DNA from: a virus
Length of the DNA stretch: 64,000 nt
Strand: one strand, 5' to 3'
Virus record (IMG/VR): IMGVR_UViG_3300029858_000005
Shown: positions 53,737 through 61,002 of the stretch, piece after piece
Position numbering within the stretch: the stretch's first letter is position 1
How the letters are laid out: every line of letters begins with the position of its first letter
The notes under the pieces: model-generated
Seen by the model: the letters and a program-made list of their open reading frames with translations, nothing else
Database searches by the model: none
What the model was told of the DNA's origin: nothing
Position numbers and translations under genes: made by a program

Positions 53737-54315
53737 ATGGCAAATTGGGCATCAACAAGCTATCGTATTGAAGGCAACCAGAAGGACCTTCAGGAGTTAA
53801 ACAACCTTTGCAAGGCGTTTATGAACAAAGAGCGTCCTGTAATGGAGGAAGGAGCAGATGAGAACTGGGAAGGAAATATCATCCTGGCTCTTGGCGAAGT
53901 AATCGGTGATAACTACATTCGTGGATTTATCCATACATGCGAGTTATCAGACGGCCTATTAAAAATTTGTGCAGAGGAGGCATGGGGAGCAACGGACTTC
54001 AATAAGCTCCTCGAAAAACACTATGACGGCATGAAAGTGTACTTTATAGTGGAAGAGGAAATGTGTGAGATCTATGCTACAAACGACGCAGAAGGCAAAT
54101 ACTTCAACTGTCGCTCTGTATTGACTTCGTATGTAGATGGAGAATATCACAGAGAAGAGTTTAAGAATAAAAACGAGGCTTTAAAGTATGCAGCGAAACT
54201 CATTGGTCGTGATTCTGTCACAAAGTTAGAAGTTGCAAAGTGGAACGAGGAACGCAAGAATAAAGGCGTTTTTGAATACATAAACATCAATGGATGTGAT
54301 ATTATTGACGAGTAA
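53737..54315 (+). CDS. hypothetical protein; N-terminus MANWASTSYRIEG resembles DUF1281/Api92-like proteins
   Basis: 192-aa track ORF. The resemblance is from memory only. Confidence 0.55.
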   Translation: MANWASTSYRIEGNQKDLQELNNLCKAFMNKERPVMEEGADENWEGNIILALGEVIGDNYIRGFIHTCELSDGLLKICAEEAWGATDFNKLLEKHYDGMKVYFIVEEEMCEIYATNDAEGKYFNCRSVLTSYVDGEYHREEFKNKNEALKYAAKLIGRDSVTKLEVAKWNEERKNKGVFEYININGCDIIDE

Positions 54316-54354
54316 TAATTTAAGCCCTACGCAACACGGTCAAGCGATAAGAAT

Positions 54355-54606
54355 ATGACAACAGAGAATTTAGTTACAGCCAGGAATAAGGTAGAGAATG
54401 TCTATGAGCTGATCAATGACCTGGTTAGTAATCATAGCATTGATATGCTTGACTTGGCATACCCAAAGAACGATGGAAAGCAAGACGCTTGCGCTGTCGC
54501 AGAAATGATGCTGCTCCGCCAAAGTGCGAACAGCCTGTCTGAAGCTTGCAGCTTCCTTGTCGATAGACTCACGGATGCTATTGGAGACGAAAATGAAGTA
54601 AAATAA
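54355..54606 (+). CDS. hypothetical protein (83 aa)
   Basis: Track ORF preceded by an AGCCCT...CACGGT cassette. Confidence 0.55.
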   Translation: MTTENLVTARNKVENVYELINDLVSNHSIDMLDLAYPKNDGKQDACAVAEMMLLRQSANSLSEACSFLVDRLTDAIGDENEVK

Positions 54607-54657
54607 TAACCCATTCAGCCCTAGGCGCATTACGGTTTACGGTTAAGCGCAGACAAT

Positions 54658-55008
54658 ATGAAGAAATTTAATATCATCAACAATATCGTTGATACAGAAG
54701 TATTTCAAAAAGAGTTCATGGCAGATATTCCGCAAGCTACATTCTCTGAGAAGAATGGAGAGAACTTTATCTATGTAGATGATAAATTTGAAAACGAAGT
54801 AGAAAACTATCTGAAGAAGAAATGTGTTCGTTTTATCCCTATGACGGAGAAGCAAATTGAATACGAGGGATATAATGTTACTGTAAGCGAAGATAGCAGT
54901 TTTTATTATATTGATTTTAACTCAGGCGCAGGTGAAGCTGTGTACGAAAAAGCAGATTGGACGCTCGATGATGCTTTGAAAGACCAGCTTAATTTAGATA
55001 AAGAGTAA
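54658..55008 (+). CDS. hypothetical acidic protein (116 aa)
   Basis: Track ORF preceded by an AGCCCT...ACGGT cassette. Confidence 0.55.
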   Translation: MKKFNIINNIVDTEVFQKEFMADIPQATFSEKNGENFIYVDDKFENEVENYLKKKCVRFIPMTEKQIEYEGYNVTVSEDSSFYYIDFNSGAGEAVYEKADWTLDDALKDQLNLDKE

Positions 55009-55050
55009 TAACATCTAAGCCCTATCGCATCACGGTGAAGCGAAAAGAAT

Positions 55051-55353
55051 ATGGAGAATATATTAGAAAAAACGGTGAAGGAAAATGGAAATATCAACTT
55101 AAACGAATTAAGTTGGAAGCAGGTCATTACACTCATGAACACCTGGGATTCCAGCTTCGCAAGAAACGAGAACTCGTCGTTCTCGGAGATGGTGAAGCGA
55201 TGCTATAAATCACGTCCATGGCATGAGAATGCGAATATTATCTATTTGCATCGAGATAACAAGAAAACTACCATCCTCCCTCACGCCTGTTACAACCTCG
55301 ACGAAGCAGAGGAAAATATGATATTTAATTTGCTCAAAAAGCAATTAAAGTGA
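55051..55353 (+). CDS. hypothetical protein (100 aa)
   Basis: Track ORF preceded by an AGCCCT...CACGGT cassette. Confidence 0.55.
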   Translation: MENILEKTVKENGNINLNELSWKQVITLMNTWDSSFARNENSSFSEMVKRCYKSRPWHENANIIYLHRDNKKTTILPHACYNLDEAEENMIFNLLKKQLK

Positions 55354-55653
55354 ATCTCTACGGAATCGGTAGAACGAAAAAGCCCCGACCTAAGCCGGGG
55401 CTACCACAGACCATTACAGTCTGACATCTACGATAGTAGAAATTTGCTCTTTATGAGCGTTTAAATCCACAATTCCGAAGAATTGACCGTCAACGGAAGT
55501 TTATTTTTATTTCTATTCCATAAAGGTTCGATTAGTCTTCCGAAGACATGTGCAAAGATAAGAAATAAAACAATACGGTGTATCATTTCGCCCGAATTAT
55601 TAATATTATTTAAGATATTTCAGCCCTCGACAGCACGGTAAAGTCGTTAACGT

Positions 55654-56139
55654 ATGGAAAGAAAAACAAAACATATTACCCTTCTTGATGACGGAAAGAC
55701 CATGCTATACGACTTTAGCAAGTGCGATAATTATATAGAGGCGATTCTTGCGGACTACATAGATTGTACAACGGATGAGCAATTAAAGGAATCGATTTCT
55801 CTCTGTTTTCCAGGTAACGTTTCTGATCAAGAAAAAGTATTTGGGAATCTGAAATCGAAATTTTCGAAAATTATTCCCGGCAGAAGAAATGTGTATTACG
55901 TGGCTGTTTACAACGAGAACGACGAAAAGATTGCGGTCGTTACAAGCAACTTGTTCGGTCGTCCAGGATTGTTTTATGCTAATTCGAGAATTGATGCCGA
56001 CTTGTTTGGAGATAGAGATGAGGCTGAGGAACTAATAAGGAAAGTTAAATCGAACGGAATTTGTAACATGCAGCGATATTTAGCTATGAAGAAAGAATCT
56101 CCTGATGTACAATATAAGATAATAGAATGGAAGTTCTAG
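55654..56139 (+). CDS. hypothetical protein (161 aa)
   Basis: Track ORF preceded by an AGCCCT...CACGGT cassette. Confidence 0.6.
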   Translation: MERKTKHITLLDDGKTMLYDFSKCDNYIEAILADYIDCTTDEQLKESISLCFPGNVSDQEKVFGNLKSKFSKIIPGRRNVYYVAVYNENDEKIAVVTSNLFGRPGLFYANSRIDADLFGDRDEAEELIRKVKSNGICNMQRYLAMKKESPDVQYKIIEWKF

Positions 56140-56147
56140 AGTATAAA

Positions 56148-56184
56148 TAGCCGCTTATTCACTTAACAGATAGGCGGCTATTTT
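56148..56184 (+). terminator. rho-independent terminator ending the long early operon
   Basis: atagccgc...gcggctat forms an 8-bp stem, followed by tttt. Confidence 0.6.
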
Positions 56185-56419
56185 ATTAAGATACCCACCA
56201 AAAAAGCAACGAAAATCACACTTTTTTATTAAACTACGTTAATTGTAAATATTCTGTACTTTAATGAATGTTGCAATTAGCTGTTTTTACTTCGCTTGAA
56301 ACCTTTAGCTATACCATTATCTTTAAAATGCTTGTCCTCACTTTTTACTTTAACAAGTACGGTTTATGGTGAAAACAGAACTATTGCACGGAATAGAAAA
56401 TCGTAGTATCTTTGCAGTG

Positions 56420-56541
56420 CTTGTTAGAAGTCACGCGCTAGCAAATAAATAAGTTTTATCTAGAAGTTGATTAGTTCAACTACAACGATATACCCTATCC
56501 AAAGTTTGGAGCGTGACCCAGACGGCGGATAGGGTTTTTTC
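56420..56541 (+). ncRNA. candidate small RNA (promoter-to-terminator unit, ~120 nt)
   Basis: TATCTTTG at 56407-56414. Internal hairpin agttga/tcaact. Long-range gtcacgc/gcgtgac pairing. Terminal stem ccctatcc/ggataggg followed by T6. No ORF. Confidence 0.35.
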
Positions 56542-56909
56542 TTTACCCTATCTCAAAGTTTCAAGCAAATACATACGAGGTTTAATCCGTGCAGTCCTCT
56601 TCGGAGTTATCGACCGATATATAAAACTGCTCTGTCAGGTAAGTTACATTATGGTTGTGTAAATCCCGCAACGTGTCACCTCACGACGGGTGCCCATATC
56701 AGAAATGAGAAAGCCGACCATAACGAACAAAGCTCTGTGGGTATCAGAAGACTTATGCTGGCTTTACAAGGAGTACGAACTACTATGGTATATTATATAT
56801 ATTGTAGTTGATAAAAAATAAGGTTTGACTCGCTTGGCTATCCCATTTATTCTTATGGGTATAGAGGTGTTGTATATGTAAATGAAGAAAAACGTTAAAC
56901 ATTAGTTCT

Positions 56910-57824
56910 ATGGCAAGAATAACGAGAAACAAAGCTGCCGAGATACTGGGAGTATCAAGACAGACTATCAGCAACTACATCAAGGAAGGCATCCTTGGAA
57001 GCTACGTAGGCGAACACGGCATCCTGTATGTCAACAGCGAGGATATCGAGAAATATGCTCAAAAATACAAGATGATTGCAGCAAACGAGAAGATGATTGA
57101 CGAGAAGCTCAAGGAAGTCGAGTATCGCAAGCGCGCTATCAACGTCGAGCTCACTGAACTGAGAGACAGAGCTACCGCAAACGGCAAGCTTGCTGCAAAC
57201 GCCGTAGGCATGCTGTTCGGTGTAATCAATACAATGTCGCATCTTGGTGTATTACCGAATCTGACCTATCGTGAGTCCAATCTTCTCAAGGACATAATTA
57301 ACGGAATGACCTATGACGAGCTGTCGGTCAAGTACGGCGTGTCTGCAACGAGAATCAGGCAGATTGCAGAAAAGACTTGCAACAAACTCGCCTACAACGA
57401 GAATATTGCCATTGCTGAGCTCTCAACGAACAGAGCCTTGAAGTATGAGGTTGAGCGCCTGAAGAAGGTAATCAAGTCGATACAGGTAAGCTTCGATGAA
57501 TACCGGCGCGCGAAAGGTGACAAGCCAGTCAGTAGCGCAGTTCTTCCTCCGCTGATCCTTTCTAGGGATATAAAGGACTGTGGATTCTCTGTCCGCATCC
57601 TGAATGCACTCAAAACCTTCGACGTATATACAGTAGGTGACCTAGTTCGTAATCTACGCGGAAGGTCAGAGCTTATGAAGCTCAGGAATCTCGGCAATAA
57701 GAGCGTCTATTCCATCCTTGACTTCGTTGAGGAAAATAATCTTGACTTCAAGGAGAACGGAGAGTCTGAGGAAGACTTCTATATCAGGCTCAACAACAAG
57801 TTGTCAAACCAAAAAATACATTAA
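56910..57824 (+). CDS. chimeric transcription factor: N-terminal HTH, sigma-70 region-4/LuxR-like HTH, and RNA polymerase alpha-subunit C-terminal-domain-like module
   Basis: AAEILGVSRQTISNYIKEG (HTH). LTYRESNLLKDIINGMTYDELSVKYGVSATRIRQIAEKTCNKL (sigma region-4 type). FSVRILNALKTFDVYTVGDLV...ELMKLRNLGNKSVYSILDFVEENNL aligns with E. coli alpha-CTD (TVRSANCLK...IGDLV...[20 protein letters not shown]). Confidence 0.7.
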   Translation: MARITRNKAAEILGVSRQTISNYIKEGILGSYVGEHGILYVNSEDIEKYAQKYKMIAANEKMIDEKLKEVEYRKRAINVELTELRDRATANGKLAANAVGMLFGVINTMSHLGVLPNLTYRESNLLKDIINGMTYDELSVKYGVSATRIRQIAEKTCNKLAYNENIAIAELSTNRALKYEVERLKKVIKSIQVSFDEYRRAKGDKPVSSAVLPPLILSRDIKDCGFSVRILNALKTFDVYTVGDLVRNLRGRSELMKLRNLGNKSVYSILDFVEENNLDFKENGESEEDFYIRLNNKLSNQKIH

Positions 57825-57828
57825 AGTT

Positions 57829-58389
57829 ATGAATAAGAAACTAAGATTGCTGGTGACTGCAAAGTGTCACAACAAGTGTCCGATGTGCTGCAACAACCAG
57901 TTCGATATTGAGAAGATTCCGGTAGTTGACAGACTGGACTACGACGAGATTAGCATCACAGGTGGAGAGCCACTGCTGACGGGTGTATACGGTAGAACAA
58001 CGTTGCTTGCATTCGAAATCAAGGGTGTCTTTCGTACACTTGGAATCCCCGCACCAAAGCTTTACCTCTATACAGCATGGGTTGATTACCGAGCACTCCG
58101 CGATTGCAGCTATGACTTCGATGGAATCTGCCTCACACTACACAGTAAGCGCGATGTGACAAAGTTCGTTGAAATGAACGATATTATGCTCGGAAATGAG
58201 AGATACGAATGGAGCGGTAGAGGTTTCGACCCAGACTGCTCCCTCCGTCTCAACCTCTTCGCAGACATGAAGGCTCTTCTCCCTAATGACATCGACCTGT
58301 CTATGTGGAAAGTGAAGGACATGGAGTGGGTAAAGGATTGCCCGGTTCCAGAGGGTGAGGACTTCCGAAGAATCAAGGAGCTGTTTTAG
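57829..58389 (+). CDS. small radical-SAM protein (NrdG/QueE-like activase fold)
   Basis: CHNKCPMC (CxxxCxxC) near the N-terminus and ITGGEPLL. Start taken at the ATG at 57829, inside track ORF 57718..58389. Confidence 0.6.
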   Translation: MNKKLRLLVTAKCHNKCPMCCNNQFDIEKIPVVDRLDYDEISITGGEPLLTGVYGRTTLLAFEIKGVFRTLGIPAPKLYLYTAWVDYRALRDCSYDFDGICLTLHSKRDVTKFVEMNDIMLGNERYEWSGRGFDPDCSLRLNLFADMKALLPNDIDLSMWKVKDMEWVKDCPVPEGEDFRRIKELF

Positions 58390-58451
58390 TATATCGTTAA
58401 AAAAATAGATACAAGTAACAAATTAATAAAGATTGAGGAGAAAGTAAACAA

Positions 58452-58661
58452 ATGAATATCAGACTAAACAAGATTACTGACCGTCTGGAAATCAGAACCA
58501 AAAAGAGAATGATAGCCTTCCATTGCGATATTCTGAAAGGTTCTTATTACCTAGTACCGACTGTAAGATTTGACACCAGTAGGGCATACGGAGAGAAGAG
58601 CATCTGGTTCCTCTTCCTAGGTGCTTTTGTGTTGATTGATATTTTTAAAATAAAAGACTAA
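58452..58661 (+). CDS. hypothetical small protein with C-terminal hydrophobic helix
   Basis: 69-aa track ORF. Confidence 0.45.
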   Translation: MNIRLNKITDRLEIRTKKRMIAFHCDILKGSYYLVPTVRFDTSRAYGEKSIWFLFLGAFVLIDIFKIKD

Positions 58662-58688
58662 GTATATTTTTTTTAATTTTTAAACATT

Positions 58689-59234
58689 ATGAGTGTAAAA
58701 AACATTATTTTGGCATCAGTACTCGCAATAGTAGTACTCGCCGCAGGTTCAGTTATCGGTTGTTATTTCCATTACAACAACCAGGAAATCTCACTTCGCC
58801 AGCAGTCAGAGGCTCAGCGTGGCAAGATTGAGGGTGTTCACGACAAGATGTGGAAGGTTCTTCAGCAGAAGGCACAGGTTACGGATGAGTACAAGTCCGC
58901 ATTCGAGTCCATCTATCCGAAACTTATCGAGGGCAGATACTCAAAGGGAGACGGCTCGCTTATGAAGTGGATCAAGGAAAGTAATCCTAACTTCGACGTT
59001 TCGCTATACAAGGACCTCATGCAGTCCATAGAGATTCAGCGCTCCGAGTTTCAGACATCACAGGAGAGAATGCTCGATATCATCCGTGAGCACGAGACGC
59101 TCGTGAAGACATATCCGGCGAAGTGGTTCATCTCTGACACCAAGCCTATCGAATACAAGGTTATCTCATCATCCAAGACAAAGATGATCATGCAGCTTGG
59201 AGAGGATAACGACGTAGACCTGTTCAAGAAGTAA
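58689..59234 (+). CDS. N-terminally membrane-anchored protein (weakly LemA-like architecture)
   Basis: 181-aa ORF with a TM helix followed by a helical domain. Confidence 0.5.
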   Translation: MSVKNIILASVLAIVVLAAGSVIGCYFHYNNQEISLRQQSEAQRGKIEGVHDKMWKVLQQKAQVTDEYKSAFESIYPKLIEGRYSKGDGSLMKWIKESNPNFDVSLYKDLMQSIEIQRSEFQTSQERMLDIIREHETLVKTYPAKWFISDTKPIEYKVISSSKTKMIMQLGEDNDVDLFKK

Positions 59235-59240
59235 CGGCTT

Positions 59241-60356
59241 ATGGAAATATTCATATTCCTAATCCCATTCGTGGTTGCTGCTTTCCTGTTGATTTTCTTC
59301 AGGAAGCAGACCACCTGGTGGGAATACGCAGTACTCATTGTTCCTTCCATCCTCATAGGTATCCTCATGGAGTTCGTGTTCAAACAGTCAAATGCTGCTG
59401 ACACGGAGTATCTCGGAAGCTACGTTACAAGAATCCGTCATTACGATGCCTGGAATGAGTACATACACCGCACGTGTACAAGGACCGTTGGAAGCGGAAA
59501 GAATCAACGTACGGAAACATACGATTGTTCGTACGTAGACAATCACCCTGAACGTTGGACTTATTTTGATGCTAGGAACAAGGAAGAATACTTCATGACC
59601 GACAACGAGTTTAATGTAGTCAGAAAGATTCTCGGAACCAAAAGCGTGTTCATTGATATGCACAGGGATTACTACACTAAGGATGGCGATGCTCAGGAAT
59701 GGGCGTGGGATGGTTCCATTGAAAACTCGTACACATTATCTTCTGAGCACGATTATAAGAATAAAGTGAAAGCCTCACGTTCTATTTTCAAGTTTGAGGA
59801 TATTGATTATCAGCAGGCACGAAAGCTTGGACTGTTCGAGTATCCGGATATCGTTCTTTATGACCAGAACCCTGTGCTTGGACTGAAGATCCCGAAGAAT
59901 CAGGAGAAGGCGATGAGATGGCTGAACGGATACTATGGCGAGCGGAAGCAGTTTAGGGTATTCGTCCTGTTCTTTACAAACAAGCCGGAAGAAATCGTCG
60001 AAAAGCAACGGTCTTACTGGCAGGGCGGCAACAAGAATGAGCTTGTCGTGTGCGTCGGTATTGACAAAAACAAGAATGTCAAGTGGTGCAACGCATTTTC
60101 ATGGTGTGATAGCCCGGTCGTAGGCGTTAAGAGTAGAGACTGGTTTATGAGCAATCCTGTAAATCTCGAAAAGTACGCCGAGTATATCGGTCCGATTGTA
60201 GAAAAGGAATGGCACAGAAAGAATTTCGAGGATTTTGATTATCTTACCATCGAGCTTACCGACGGGCAGTATTGGGCTATCATTGTTCTCCTGCTGATAT
60301 TCAATATTGTAATGAGCTCCTGGATTATTTCTAACGATTATAAAAACGATTTGTAG
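59241..60356 (+). CDS. membrane protein with N- and C-terminal TM segments
   Basis: 371-aa ORF. Confidence 0.6.
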   Translation: MEIFIFLIPFVVAAFLLIFFRKQTTWWEYAVLIVPSILIGILMEFVFKQSNAADTEYLGSYVTRIRHYDAWNEYIHRTCTRTVGSGKNQRTETYDCSYVDNHPERWTYFDARNKEEYFMTDNEFNVVRKILGTKSVFIDMHRDYYTKDGDAQEWAWDGSIENSYTLSSEHDYKNKVKASRSIFKFEDIDYQQARKLGLFEYPDIVLYDQNPVLGLKIPKNQEKAMRWLNGYYGERKQFRVFVLFFTNKPEEIVEKQRSYWQGGNKNELVVCVGIDKNKNVKWCNAFSWCDSPVVGVKSRDWFMSNPVNLEKYAEYIGPIVEKEWHRKNFEDFDYLTIELTDGQYWAIIVLLLIFNIVMSSWIISNDYKNDL

Positions 60357-60359
60357 CGT

Positions 60360-60839
60360 ATGAAAGAAAGATTAAAAATGATTTTCGACCGCATCGACAT
60401 CTTTGTCGTGTGCATTGTCATCGGGCTATGCTTCTGTATTGTGGAAGCCTTTCTTGGAATCTGGAACATGTTTGCTGATTGCTTCTTCATAACTCTCCTT
60501 GCTACCGAATGCTGCTACATCCTCCGCTGCAAGGAGAAGCTTCAAATAGAGCTGATAGAGACAAAGGAGAAGCTGAAGGAGGCAGAGAAGAATGCAAATG
60601 ATAATCTCTTACAGCTGCATCAATATTCAAGATATGCTAGTTTAGTATGCCTGTACAGGAATTTATGGAGAGAAAAATGCCGCTTAGCGGAGGCTAAGGT
60701 TCTCTACTGTAAGAGAAAGCTTACTACAAGTGGCCTATTGGAACATATGAGGACTCGCGAGGAAAATATAGCCGATATCGAAAAATGTATCCAACGAAAT
60801 ATAGTCGATTTCGAAAAATGTATCCAACGAAAAAAATGA
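60360..60839 (+). CDS. membrane-anchored coiled-coil protein
   Basis: 159-aa ORF. The C-terminus carries the duplication IEKCIQRNIVDFEKCIQRKK. Confidence 0.55.
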   Translation: MKERLKMIFDRIDIFVVCIVIGLCFCIVEAFLGIWNMFADCFFITLLATECCYILRCKEKLQIELIETKEKLKEAEKNANDNLLQLHQYSRYASLVCLYRNLWREKCRLAEAKVLYCKRKLTTSGLLEHMRTREENIADIEKCIQRNIVDFEKCIQRKK

Positions 60840-60959
60840 CGAATACAATAAAAGCATGAACAACAAGTAATTTCTTGCGTATCTCAGTTTTTTTGTATAT
60901 TTGTATCTGAATGCTGTATGTGAATTAAGGCAGAGCACTATTTCGCTGCTACTCTCTTT

Positions 60960-61000
60960 CCCGGCGTCTGACACTTACCCTATGTCGACGCCGGGTTTTT
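60960..61000 (+). terminator. rho-independent terminator
   Basis: cccggcgtc...gacgccggg forms a 9-bp stem, followed by ttttt. Confidence 0.6.
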
Positions 61001-61002
61001 CT

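Larger units (their letters stand above)
38062..53739 (+). repeat. dispersed intergenic cassette, 29 copies: [stop]AGCCWAA - variable hairpin - TWAACCAW - 6-14 nt - AGAATTATG
   Basis: It precedes the ATGs at 38084, 38260, 38466, 38802, 39063, 39288, 39628, 39955, 40165, 40403, 41352, 41749, 42042, 42637, 43528, 43842, 44330, 44610, 47183, 47461, 47971, 49263, 49793, 50557, 51055, 51480, 52082, 53165 and 53737. Confidence 0.85.

Noticed and set aside
38062-55656. CRISPR array
   Set aside because: The repeated units are short boxes separated by whole genes of very different lengths (120-1270 nt). The hairpins differ in sequence and there is no uniform repeat-spacer periodicity.
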